DNA of 64,000 nucleotides from an uncultured Planctomycetaceae bacterium (GTDB lineage Bacteria > Planctomycetota > Phycisphaerae > SM23-33): NCBI GenBank assembly GCA_964385465.1, contig CAYLPJ010000004.1, positions 93,044-157,043 on the forward strand, given 5' to 3'. Position numbers and translations under genes: made by a program. Shown here piece by piece: positions 39,253 to 48,687 of the stretch; the first letter of the stretch is position 1; every line of letters starts with the position of its first letter. Below the pieces are notes generated by a model. That model saw only the letters and a program-made list of their open reading frames with translations. It did not search any database and had not been told where the DNA came from.

Positions 39253-39350
39253 GGCCGACCACCGTCTCCCCATCCGGTTGCCTTTCGCATTGTACTGCCC
39301 CAGGCCCGACCCGACAAGGGGCAAAACCCGCCGGGCGCCCCAAACCGCCG

Positions 39351-40778
39351 TCACGCCAGCGGGCTGAGCAGCTTGGCCATGTCGTCCGGCAACTCCCGCA
39401 GCACGCCGCGCCCGCCCCACCGCCGCTCATACGGGACCGCGCCGTCCAGGTACGACCGCTGGATCCGGGTCAGCTCCTCCACCGACGACGGCGTATACAG
39501 CAGCAGGTTGGATTCCAGGTTCAACTGGAACGACCGGAGGTCGTAGTTGGCCGAGCCGATCATCCCCACCTCCCCGTCGATCGTCAGGGCCTTCGTGTGC
39601 ACGAGGTGGCTGCGGTGGCAGTGGACGCCAACGCCGTCGGCGACCAGCACGCGGCAGAACGCCCGCGCGGCGGCGTCGGCCAGGCGGCTGTCGGACTTCT
39701 CGGGCACGACCAGGTCCACCTCGACGCCACGGTGGCACGCCAGGCGCATCGCCAGCATGATCGGCTCGTCGGGCACCAGGTACGGGGTCGTCATCATCAC
39801 ACGCTCCCTCGCGGCGGCCAGAAGCTCCACCGTCAGGTCCCGCACCGGCTGATGGGGATACATCGGCCCCGACGGGACCAACTGCGTGATGACCGCGTCG
39901 TCGGCGCGTTCGGCCGGCTCGGGCAGGACGTCCCGATCGTCGAGGTCCTCACCGGTTTCCAGCGTCCAGTCCTCCAGGAACAGCAGTTGGAGGTGGCGGC
40001 TGGCCGGGCCGTGCAGCCGCGCCATAAGGTCCCGGAACGGGCCGCAACGCCGGGCATTACGCTGCGGGCTCATGATGTTCCACGAGCCGATGTAGCCCAC
40101 CCGCCCGTCGATGACCGCGAGCTTGCGATGGTTGCGGACATCCAGCCGCGCCAGCCGGCTGCGCAGCGGGTTGAACCGCATGGCCGGGCAGACCTGCACG
40201 CCGGCCTGCTCCAGGCTTCGGGAGAGTTCGCCGAACAGCGGCTTGGCGCCGAGTGCGTCGGCGAGAAGGCGGCAGCGGACCCCCCGGCCGGCGGCGCGGG
40301 TCAGTGCTTGGGCGACGGCCCGGCCGGTGTCGTCGTCCTCGTAGATGTAGGTAACCAGGTGGACGTGTTCCTCGGCGGCGTCGATATCCGAGATCAGCCG
40401 GTCGAGGGTCGCGTCGTGCTCGGAGAGGAACACCATCTCGTTGCCCGCGGTCGGCGGCAGGGCGCTGCAACTTCGCGCGGCGCGGACGAGCCCCCCGTGC
40501 CGCCCCACCGCAAGCCCCTCGTCCGAAGCCGTCCCCAACTCCGCCAATCGCTCGGGGGCCGAAACGCCCTCCAGCACCCGCGCGTACTGAACCTTCCGCC
40601 GACGCCCGAGGGGGTTCTCCGCCAGCAGGAGGAACAGCCCGATGCCCAGCCAGGGCAGCAGGATCATCACCGCCAGCCAGGCCCATGCCTCGGCCGGGGT
40701 ATACCGGCGCACGAGGACCGGGAAGAGCGTCAGAGCGGCGAGGATGCCAGTGACGTTGATGAAACTCCAAAGCGTCAT
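39351..40778 (-). CDS. cls: Cardiolipin synthase (PLD superfamily, two HKD motifs)
   Basis: N-terminal TM helices. HKD motifs NHRKLAVIDGRVGYIGSWN and HTKALTIDGEVGMIGSANYD. 475 aa. Confidence 0.85.
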   Translation of the reverse strand: MTLWSFINVTGILAALTLFPVLVRRYTPAEAWAWLAVMILLPWLGIGLFLLLAENPLGRRRKVQYARVLEGVSAPERLAELGTASDEGLAVGRHGGLVRAARSCSALPPTAGNEMVFLSEHDATLDRLISDIDAAEEHVHLVTYIYEDDDTGRAVAQALTRAAGRGVRCRLLADALGAKPLFGELSRSLEQAGVQVCPAMRFNPLRSRLARLDVRNHRKLAVIDGRVGYIGSWNIMSPQRNARRCGPFRDLMARLHGPASRHLQLLFLEDWTLETGEDLDDRDVLPEPAERADDAVITQLVPSGPMYPHQPVRDLTVELLAAARERVMMTTPYLVPDEPIMLAMRLACHRGVEVDLVVPEKSDSRLADAAARAFCRVLVADGVGVHCHRSHLVHTKALTIDGEVGMIGSANYDLRSFQLNLESNLLLYTPSSVEELTRIQRSYLDGAVPYERRWGGRGVLRELPDDMAKLLSPLA

Positions 40779-41005
40779 GCCAGGATCCTGCGGTGGCCCC
40801 TCCTTAGCGAAGTCTTCTCGGCGCCGACCGGCCGGGTCGGCCGCCCGGCCGAGTGCGCCCGCCCATGCGGCGGCGCGCTTCTTGCGCGGCTCACCAAGAT
40901 TCTATCCCGCCGTGCGGGCGATCCCAATCGCCGGCCCGGAGAGGCGGCTGCTCGCCCGCCCGGCGGCGGCCTGCGCGCGTTCTTGGGGCGGGGGGTTCGC
41001 GGCGG

Positions 41006-42628
41006 TCAGCGGATGTACGCCCGGGCGGCGCGGCGCTGGCGACGAACGGCGGAGGACTCGCAGGCGCGGGCGCCGATCGCGAGCAGGTAGGGCACGACGG
41101 CGACGGCGCAGCCGGCGGCGTGAAAGGCCCAGTCGACGAACTCCGCCGAGCGGCTGGAGGCGAAGAACTGGGCGACCTCGCCGACGCCGCCGGCCAGGGC
41201 GGCCAGCGCGATCGCCGCCAGCCCGAGCCCCACGCGGCGGCGGCCCAGTTGCCAAGCCGCCAGCAGCGTCACCAGGAAACCGGTCAACAGGTGGATGGCT
41301 TTGTCCCCGGCCCCGCCCAGTTCCCCGACCCACGCCAGCAGCCCGCCGTGGCGAACCACGCCGTGCACGCCGAGCACGATCAGCACGGCCGCCAGCAGCA
41401 GCAGGCCGGACCGCCGCGTGCCCGTCCGGCCGAGCATGGCCGGCAGGAGCCCCCAGGTGAGGATCATCCCGAGCACGACGGCAGGGATGAACGCCCCGCC
41501 GGGCGCGAGGAAGGCGGCGCCGGCGATCAGGGACGAGGCGGTCCAGAGGATCGCCCGGGCGCGGTCTCCGGCGTGGCCCCGTCGGGCGTGCAGGAGCAGC
41601 CAGACGATCGCCGCGGCGCAGGTGAGGACGAACCACGCCGCCCCGACCCAGCCGACGGCCCGCAGCAGCACGAGCAGGCCGGCGTCGCCGGCGTTGAGGT
41701 CGGCAAACGCCCGCTCCCCGCTGCCGAACCACCCGGCCCGACCGGGGCGGGCCAGCAGGCTCAACGCCGCCTCGCGGACCCAACGGGCAAGCGTGAGCAC
41801 CCCCGCGGCCGCCACGCAGCCGCCCCCGCCGACCAGCAGCAGGACGGTTCGCCCCCGATGGAAGACCAGCCCGGCGAGGACGACCGTCGCGGCGGCCAGC
41901 CCGCCGGCCAGCAGTGCAGGCAGCGGCGCGACGACGGCGAGGATGCCGGCGGCCCCGATCGCCACGGCGAGGCAGGCGCCGCGGAGCATCCGGCTGCGTG
42001 CGGTGGTGCGGGGCTGGTGGGGCGTGTCGGCGGACGCCGGCCCCCACATCGCCGAAAGCCATACCCCCACGCCGGCGAACCCCAGCAGGGCCAGGGCGGT
42101 ATGGGCATGCCCGGTGGGCGCCCAGACCATGGCCGCCGCCGGGCCGGCCAGCATCGCCGCGCCGCAGACGGCCAGGACCGTCACGTGGCGGGCGGCGCGA
42201 GGCAGGAGGCTCTGGGTGAGCATGGCCCCCAGCCCCACGAGGGACAGCTCGAGGATCAGCGCCACCGTCAGGGACCCGGCGGCCCGGCTCCGCGGGTCGC
42301 CCGCAGCGTCCAGTTGGCCCTCGGCCAGGTGCCACAGCAGCACGCCGATCGGCAGAAGCATGGCCAGGTGGATCGGATGGCCGGGAACGGAACCGTCCCC
42401 GGCGACGAGGCGCCAGAGCGCCCAGAGCACGAGCACGGCGTTCAGTCCGGCGATCAGGCCGGCCCAGCCGCGCAGCCCGGGCCACCACCACGTGAGCATG
42501 CCCAGCACGATCACGCAGGCGAGCATCCACCTGGCCATGGCCCCGAGTTGTCTGGCTGTCGTGCCGACCGGAATCGCCACGTCGTCCTCGTCCTTTCCGC
42601 CTTCGCCGACCGGACCGCCGGCGGCCAT
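41006..42628 (-). CDS. Polytopic integral membrane protein with C-terminal VanZ-like domain
   Basis: About 12 hydrophobic helices. C-terminus GDKAIHLLTGFLVTLLAAW...EVAQFFASSRSAEFVDWAFHAAGCAVAVVPYL resembles VanZ family. Start 42628 or 42538 (MARWML). Confidence 0.55.
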   Translation of the reverse strand: MAAGGPVGEGGKDEDDVAIPVGTTARQLGAMARWMLACVIVLGMLTWWWPGLRGWAGLIAGLNAVLVLWALWRLVAGDGSVPGHPIHLAMLLPIGVLLWHLAEGQLDAAGDPRSRAAGSLTVALILELSLVGLGAMLTQSLLPRAARHVTVLAVCGAAMLAGPAAAMVWAPTGHAHTALALLGFAGVGVWLSAMWGPASADTPHQPRTTARSRMLRGACLAVAIGAAGILAVVAPLPALLAGGLAAATVVLAGLVFHRGRTVLLLVGGGGCVAAAGVLTLARWVREAALSLLARPGRAGWFGSGERAFADLNAGDAGLLVLLRAVGWVGAAWFVLTCAAAIVWLLLHARRGHAGDRARAILWTASSLIAGAAFLAPGGAFIPAVVLGMILTWGLLPAMLGRTGTRRSGLLLLAAVLIVLGVHGVVRHGGLLAWVGELGGAGDKAIHLLTGFLVTLLAAWQLGRRRVGLGLAAIALAALAGGVGEVAQFFASSRSAEFVDWAFHAAGCAVAVVPYLLAIGARACESSAVRRQRRAARAYIR

Positions 42629-42850
42629 GGGAGCATCTTAGCCGCCCGCCCGCGCCGCGAAAGCCCGCGTCTCGGCGAAATCCCCGCCCGACTTCCCTTT
42701 GCGGCAGCGAGGCCAAATCGGTACAATCCGGGTATACCAAGGCCCGGCGTGGGGCGGGCAGTGATCGGCCGCACGATCCGGGCGGAGAACGAGGTGACCA
42801 CTGGCATCTCAGGGGTCCAGGGACCGTCCATGGAAGAAAGGGGACGCACC

Positions 42851-44416
42851 ATGAAGCCTGCCCTCCGTACGCTTGTATGCCTCCTGGCGGCCACATCGGT
42901 CTGCCTGTCGGCCGAGGGCGCGTCGCAGGAGAAATCCGAGAACCCCGAGGCCCAGAAGCTGTACGAGAAGATCGTCGACGGCTACCTCCACGGCAAGTGG
43001 TTCCAGTTGGAGGAAGACCTTCGCGGCTGGCTGAAGTACCGCTCGGACTTCACGTCGAAGCAGCAGGAGGACGTCGCCTACATCTCGCGGATGATGCGCC
43101 AGCACCGCCCGGCATGGTGGAAGAACGCGCGGAGCAGCGGCAACGTGACGTTCACGGCGACGATCTGGGGAAAGTCTTTCAAGGCCAACTACATGCCCTC
43201 GGAGTATATGGGCGCGCAGATCCCCGTGGCGGTCCGCAACGGGCGACTGCTGATCATCGTCACCTGGCAGCCGCACATGGTGGACAGCCCGAAGACGATC
43301 AAGGCGGGCCCGCCGTCCCGTCACGAGATGACCGAGGGCGACTTCGCCGAGGCGATCGTCTGGCACGAGTTGGGGCACAACTACATCTCGACGGGCCTGC
43401 CGCTGCGCGTGGTGATGGAGCTGTACACCTCGTACCGCATGATGTTCTCCAACCTCCAGGAGTTCTACGCGGACATGACGGCGATGTACCACTGCGGCCC
43501 GCCGGGGCGGAAGGCGACGATGATGATCCGCCAGCCGGGGCTCAGCTACGCCAACTACAACGATCCGCACACGCGCGGCGCTCACGCCGTCGGCGCCGTG
43601 GTGCTCTCGTGGGTGCTGGAGGACCCCGCCGCCTGGCCGAGCTTCCGCCTGCCCGGCAAGGTCCCCGAGGACGACGCCGAGCGCAAGACGCTCATGTACA
43701 TGTACAGCCACCTCGACCCCAACTACACGCTGGATGAGGACCGCACGCTGCGGGAGTCCGTCGGGCAGTTCATGCGCCGCCAGGGCGCCTCCATCCTCCG
43801 CCGCAAGGGCGAGATGACCCTCCCCAGCGGGCTGAAGTTCGACATCATGCCAGGCCAGGACCGCCGGGGGAAGATCAAGCGCGACGCCTGGGTCGCCCGG
43901 CAGCTCGAGAAAGCCATCGACAACGGGCTCGCCGACGACCCGGCAATCTACGAGCGGGAGAAGGAAGTCCAGACGCTCAGCGAGAGAATGTTCGCCTACA
44001 TCATCGGCGGCGGCCGCGGGCCGGCGCCCGTCCGCCCGACTTCCGAGCCCGACAAGGCGGAGGAAGAGGACGAGAAGGACGAGAAGGAAGAGAAGAGCGA
44101 AGAAGGCGAGAAGGACAAGCCCGAGAAGGCCACGGAGATGGAACCGGAGAAGAAACCCGAGCCGGAACCGAAGCCCGAGCCCGAGCCGGAACCTGCGCCG
44201 GAGCCGAAACCCGAGCCGGAGCCTGAGCCGGAGCCCGAACCGAAGGACGACAGCGAGGACCAGGCCGATCGGCTCTTCCAGAAGGGCGTGAACTACTTCC
44301 GCAACGGCCTCAAGAAACAGGCCGTCCGCTACTTCAAGGAGTTGCTCAAGAAGTACCCCGACACCGACGCCGCGGAACGCACCCGCGACTTCATGGCCGA
44401 GCACGTACTGGAATAG
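42851..44416 (+). CDS. Secreted putative zinc metallopeptidase (HEXXH) with acidic PEPK/EPK low-complexity repeat and TPR-like C-terminus
   Basis: AAAGGGGA RBS. Signal MKPALRTLVCLLAATSVCLSAEGA. VWHELGHNY HEXXH motif. EEEDEKDEKEEK...PEPEPKPEPEPEPAPEPKPEPEPEPEPEPK repeat. C-terminal FQKGVNYFRNGLKKQAVRYFKELLKKYPD. Confidence 0.65.
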   Translation: MKPALRTLVCLLAATSVCLSAEGASQEKSENPEAQKLYEKIVDGYLHGKWFQLEEDLRGWLKYRSDFTSKQQEDVAYISRMMRQHRPAWWKNARSSGNVTFTATIWGKSFKANYMPSEYMGAQIPVAVRNGRLLIIVTWQPHMVDSPKTIKAGPPSRHEMTEGDFAEAIVWHELGHNYISTGLPLRVVMELYTSYRMMFSNLQEFYADMTAMYHCGPPGRKATMMIRQPGLSYANYNDPHTRGAHAVGAVVLSWVLEDPAAWPSFRLPGKVPEDDAERKTLMYMYSHLDPNYTLDEDRTLRESVGQFMRRQGASILRRKGEMTLPSGLKFDIMPGQDRRGKIKRDAWVARQLEKAIDNGLADDPAIYEREKEVQTLSERMFAYIIGGGRGPAPVRPTSEPDKAEEEDEKDEKEEKSEEGEKDKPEKATEMEPEKKPEPEPKPEPEPEPAPEPKPEPEPEPEPEPKDDSEDQADRLFQKGVNYFRNGLKKQAVRYFKELLKKYPDTDAAERTRDFMAEHVLE

Positions 44417-44609
44417 CCCACCACCCCACGCTGCCGCGGGCCTTCACTGCCTCCGGCGGGACGATCGGACGCCCTTGGCCCGGACCGCCCCGCGGCGTAC
44501 GATGGGAGTTCTGATCGTCGCGACGCCGGCCGACCGGGGCGGTCCGGCAGGCGCCGCGACGGAAGATGAAGGGCTCCCCATGGGCAACGGCAGCACGGTG
44601 GACGGACGG

Positions 44610-46406
44610 ATGCGGTGGCGGGTAGTCTGCGTGGCGGCCATCGCGGCGGGGATGGCGGTGTCGTCGGCCTCGGCCGCCGAGGGGGGCGGGTCGGTGGTTC
44701 GCCTCGTCCGCGATGGCGAGGCCTGGGGGCTGGTCCGCAACGGCAAGCCGTACCTCATCCGCGGCGCAGGGGGCAGCGGCTACCTTCCGGCTCTCGCGGC
44801 GGCCGGGGGAAACTCGATCCGCACGTGGGACGCCGAAGGCATCGACGGGCTGCTCGATCGCGCCGACGAGCTCGGGCTCACGGTCACCGTGGGCATCTGG
44901 CTGGGCCAGGCCCAGCGGGGCTTCGACTACACCGACGACCGGGCGGTGCTGGCCCAGCTCGACCGCGTGCGCAAGTTCGTGCTCCGCTACCGCGGGCATC
45001 CCGCCCTGCTGATGTGGGGCCTGGGCAACGAGATGGAGGGCGACGGCTCGAACGCCGCGGCCTGGATGGGCGTCAACGCCGCCGCGGAGCTGACCCGCCG
45101 GCTGGACCCCGACCATCCGACCATGACCGTCATCGCCGAGATGGGCGGGCAGAAGGTGCGCAACCTCCACCGGCTGTGCCCGGCCATCGACGTGGTGGGC
45201 ATCAACAGCTACGGCGGCATCGCCTCGGTGCCCAAGCGCTACCGCGACGCCGGCGGGACCAAGCCGTACGCGATCACCGAGTTCGGGCCCATCGGTCATT
45301 GGGAGGTCGGCAAGACCGACTGGGGCGCCCCGCGCGAGCAGACCAGCACGGACAAGGCGCGGTGGTACGCCGATGGGTACCGCAAGGCCGTCCTCGGCGA
45401 GAAGGACCTGTGCGTCGGCTCCTACGTGTTCCTCTGGGGACACAAGCAGGAGGCCACCGCCACGTGGTACGGCATGTTCCTGCCGGATGGCACGCGCCTC
45501 GGGCCGGTGGACGCGATGGCGCGGCTGTGGTCCGGCAAGCCGCCGAAGAACCTCTGCCCCACCATCACGGACCTGCACGCCGCCCCGGAGGGCAAGCTCC
45601 GGCCCGGCGCGACGGTGAAGGCCGTCGCCGACGTCGGCGATCCCGAGGGCGACCCGCTGGCCGTCCGCTGGGTCCTGCGGGCCGAGTCCGGAGCGTACGC
45701 CACCGGCGGGGCCGAACAGGACGCCACCGAACGTTTTGCCGGCGCCGTCACGGCCGCCGACGCCAACACGGTTACGCTTCGCATGCCCAAATGGGGCGGC
45801 GGGTACCGGCTGTTCGCGTACGTCCGCGACGGCCACGGCGGCGGGGCCGTCGCCAACCTGCCGCTGTTCGTCGAAGGCCCCAAGCGCCCCTTCCGCCCCC
45901 CCGCCGCGAAGCTGCCCCTGGTACTCTACGACGACACGCTGGAAAACGCCCCATACACCCCCTCCGGATGGATGGGCAACACGTCGGCCGTCGAGGTGGA
46001 CCCGGCGTTCGCCGAGGGGGCCAAGGTCGGCAAGCACTGCATGCGGTGCCGCTACGCCGCGACGGACAAATGGGCCGGCGTGGTCTGGCAGTCCCCGCCC
46101 GACGACTGGGGCGACCGCCCGGGCGGGTTCGACCTGAGCAAGGCCACGAAGCTCACCTTCTGGGCCCGCGGCGCATCCGGCGGGGAGAAGGTCACGTTCA
46201 AGCTCGGCATTCTCGGCGACGACAAACCCTACCACGATTCGGCGACGGCCTCATCGGGCGTGATCGCCCTCACCGACCAATGGACGCGGATCACGCTCGA
46301 TCTGGCCGGCAAGGACCTGAGCTGCATCAAGACCGGCTTCTGCTGGACCGTCGCCGCCCGGGGCGGGCCCGTCGCCTTCGACCTCGACGACATCCGATAC
46401 GAGTAG
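44610..46406 (+). CDS. Secreted glycoside hydrolase, clan GH-A TIM barrel (GH2/GH5-like) with C-terminal carbohydrate-binding-like domain
   Basis: Signal MRWRVVCVAAIAAGMAVSSASAAEG. Acid/base LMWGLGNEMEG and nucleophile ITEFGP about 90 aa apart. Beta-sandwich-like C-terminus. Start 44610 vs 44580 uncertain. Confidence 0.7.
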   Translation: MRWRVVCVAAIAAGMAVSSASAAEGGGSVVRLVRDGEAWGLVRNGKPYLIRGAGGSGYLPALAAAGGNSIRTWDAEGIDGLLDRADELGLTVTVGIWLGQAQRGFDYTDDRAVLAQLDRVRKFVLRYRGHPALLMWGLGNEMEGDGSNAAAWMGVNAAAELTRRLDPDHPTMTVIAEMGGQKVRNLHRLCPAIDVVGINSYGGIASVPKRYRDAGGTKPYAITEFGPIGHWEVGKTDWGAPREQTSTDKARWYADGYRKAVLGEKDLCVGSYVFLWGHKQEATATWYGMFLPDGTRLGPVDAMARLWSGKPPKNLCPTITDLHAAPEGKLRPGATVKAVADVGDPEGDPLAVRWVLRAESGAYATGGAEQDATERFAGAVTAADANTVTLRMPKWGGGYRLFAYVRDGHGGGAVANLPLFVEGPKRPFRPPAAKLPLVLYDDTLENAPYTPSGWMGNTSAVEVDPAFAEGAKVGKHCMRCRYAATDKWAGVVWQSPPDDWGDRPGGFDLSKATKLTFWARGASGGEKVTFKLGILGDDKPYHDSATASSGVIALTDQWTRITLDLAGKDLSCIKTGFCWTVAARGGPVAFDLDDIRYE

Positions 46407-46556
46407 CCCCGTAAGCCCGGATTGCCGGAATACCGGTTCGCCGTGGGAGCCTGTGGCGGCTGCGAGCCCCGGCCGGCGCAGTCAGGTGCCTTGACCGTCA
46501 GCGGTCCTGCCGTCCCCGCTCCTGCGGCAATCCGGTCTCACCGTGTCACGCTCTTC

Positions 46557-46772
46557 TCACAGCCGCAGCTCGACCTCGTACTGCTTGCCGCAGGCAACGC
46601 ACGTGCCGGTCAGCGTGACCGTCCGGCCGAGCTGGAGGGTCTTCTGCGGGCTCGTCCACCGCAGCTCGGCCCCGCAGGCGGGCTCCTGGCAGCGCTGGGC
46701 GGCCAGTTGCCGCTTCATCTCCGGCCCGAAGATCGAGTCGTCCAGTTCGTCGAGATGATATTCGCTTCGCAT
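46557..46772 (-). CDS. Small zinc-ribbon-like protein (two CxxC pairs)
   Basis: 71 aa with CQEPAC...CVAC. Could be a real small protein or a GC artefact. Confidence 0.35.
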   Translation of the reverse strand: MRSEYHLDELDDSIFGPEMKRQLAAQRCQEPACGAELRWTSPQKTLQLGRTVTLTGTCVACGKQYEVELRL

Positions 46773-46864
46773 GTCGCACCCGCCTTCGCCCTTCGGGCCT
46801 CAACGCCTTCCCGTCCTCCGGTCTGCCGGTCCTGCGGCATTCCGGTCTCACGGTCCTGCGGCCT

Positions 46865-48361
46865 TCACTCCCGCCACAGCGGGTAGTTTCCCCGGCCGAG
46901 GTCCTCGCCCTCGCGGCCGATATGGAACCAGTCCTGGCTGAAGTTCGCCTCCCCGTTGCCCGACGGCCCGGCCAGGCCGAGCTGGCCCTTGCCGGTCACC
47001 GGCTCGTTTCGTCCGTCCAGCATCGGATCGGCGTAGCAGACGAACCAGCCCTCCAACCGCGCCTTGAGCTCCTGGACCTGCCCCTCGTGCTCCGGGCGGC
47101 CGAAGAGGTTCTCCCGCTCCTCGGGGTCCTCGGCGAGATGGTACAGCTCGTGCGGGCCGTACGGGTAGCGGTGAACGTACTTCCACTCCCGCGTCCGGAT
47201 CATCCGCACCGGGCCGTATTCGTCGAAGATCACCACGCTCTGGCGCCCGCCGCCTTCCCGGCCGCGGAGGATGTCCGCAAAGCTCTGCCCGGGGAGGTTC
47301 GCCCCCTCGGAGTTCTCAAGGCCGAGGTAGTCCAGCAGCGTGGGCATGAAGTCGTAGTGGCTGACCATCGCGTCGATGACGCGGCCCTCAGGCACGTGGC
47401 CGGGGCGGCTCAGCAGGGCCGGCACCTTCACCGACGTGTCGTACATGTTCATCGGGAACGTGCCGTTGCCCTTGCCCCAGATGCCGTGATGCCCCATGTT
47501 CATCCCGTTGTCGCTCGTGAAGAACACCACCGTGTTCTCCCGCACGCCCATCGACTCCAGGCGGTCCAGGATGCGCCCGACGTTGGCGTCCATGGCCGTC
47601 ACGGCCGCGTAGTAGCCCGAGAGAATGTCCCGCCGCGCCCGGTCGTTCCATCCCACGGCCGCGGTATTCGCCTGCCAGGGGTGGACGGGCTCGTCGGGGA
47701 CGGACTCGAACGCGCAGTTGGCGTGGTACTCGTCGTAGATGTCGTGGGGGTGGTGGTCCCGGCCCCAGGGGCTGTGCGGGGCGGTGTAGTGCACGCTGAG
47801 GTAGAACGGCTCCTCCCCGGCGCCCTGGGCGTCGAGGAATGCCAGCGCGTCGTCGGTGATGTCGTCGGTCACGTAGCCCGGCTGCTCGACGACCTCGTCG
47901 CCGACGATCTTCGGCCAGTTGTAATACGGCCCGCCGCCGCGGGCGTGCACCCGCCAGAACGACAGCCCCTTCTGCGGGTGGTGGGCGTCCCCCAGGTGCC
48001 ACTTCCCGCTGATCCCGCAGACGTACCCGTTGGCCGCCAGAACGTCCGTGTAGCCGGTCTGTCCGGCCAGGTACTCGATGGTCCGCCCGTCCTTGTCCTT
48101 GTCGGCGTTGCAGTTGCCCCCGCGGATCCAGTCGTGCACCCCGTGCTGGCTGGGAATCCGCCCGGTCAGCAGGCTCGCCCGCGCCGGAGAGCAGACCGGC
48201 GAGGCGCAGAAGAAGCTGTCGAACCGCAGCCCCGTCCGGGCAAGGCGGTCCAGGTTCGGCGTGCGGATCTCGCTGTTGCCCGCGCAGCCCATCGCCCAGC
48301 AGCCCTGGTCGTCGGTGAGAACCACGACCACGTTCGGCCGCCGCGTATCCCTGCTCGCCAT
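46865..48361 (-). CDS. Sulfatase (Cys-type)
   Basis: MASRDTRRPNVVVVLTDDQGCWAMGCAGNSEIRTPNLDRL...CSPARASLLTG (C-x-P-x-R). About 498 aa. The long overlapping plus ORF is spurious. Confidence 0.85.
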   Translation of the reverse strand: MASRDTRRPNVVVVLTDDQGCWAMGCAGNSEIRTPNLDRLARTGLRFDSFFCASPVCSPARASLLTGRIPSQHGVHDWIRGGNCNADKDKDGRTIEYLAGQTGYTDVLAANGYVCGISGKWHLGDAHHPQKGLSFWRVHARGGGPYYNWPKIVGDEVVEQPGYVTDDITDDALAFLDAQGAGEEPFYLSVHYTAPHSPWGRDHHPHDIYDEYHANCAFESVPDEPVHPWQANTAAVGWNDRARRDILSGYYAAVTAMDANVGRILDRLESMGVRENTVVFFTSDNGMNMGHHGIWGKGNGTFPMNMYDTSVKVPALLSRPGHVPEGRVIDAMVSHYDFMPTLLDYLGLENSEGANLPGQSFADILRGREGGGRQSVVIFDEYGPVRMIRTREWKYVHRYPYGPHELYHLAEDPEERENLFGRPEHEGQVQELKARLEGWFVCYADPMLDGRNEPVTGKGQLGLAGPSGNGEANFSQDWFHIGREGEDLGRGNYPLWRE

Positions 48362-48546
48362 GTCCGCTCCTTTGCTCGCGTCGAGTGCCTGTGCAAGCGA
48401 CAGCATACCGCCGACGACGACCGGGGGGAAGCGCAGGGCCAAGCCCGGCGCCCGGACAGGCCGACGGGCACGGCGAACCCGTCGCACGGTCCTCCCGCCG
48501 ATCTCCTCAGGCGATGCCACTTTCCCGGAAAGTTGCCCGACACATC

Positions 48547-48575
48547 TTGACGCCGCGCGGACCGGCGACTAGCAT
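48547..48575 (+). promoter_or_regulatory. Putative sigma-70-type promoter for tRNA-Pro
   Basis: TTGACG - 17 nt - TAGCAT, about 37 nt upstream of the tRNA 5' end. Confidence 0.35.
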
Positions 48576-48612
48576 AGTTCGAATCACCCGGCCGCAAGCC
48601 GGGCAGACCCCT

Positions 48613-48687
48613 CGGGGCGTGGCGCAGCTTGGATAGCGTGCTTGACTGGGGGTCAAGAGGTCGTGGGTTCAAATCCCACCGCCCCGA
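48613..48687 (+). tRNA. tRNA-Pro (anticodon GGG)
   Basis: Hand-folded cloverleaf: acceptor CGGGGCG/CGCCCCG, U8, anticodon stem CTTGA/TCAAG with loop cTGGGgg, T-arm GTGGG-TTCAAAT-CCCAC, discriminator A. Confidence 0.85.

Noticed and set aside
40853-44416. 1187-aa plus ORF upstream of the HEXXH protein, and 41295..42641 plus ORF
   Set aside because: Only the last 521 codons, from the signal peptide at 42851 with RBS, are protein-like. The upstream part is antisense to the VanZ-like membrane protein gene.
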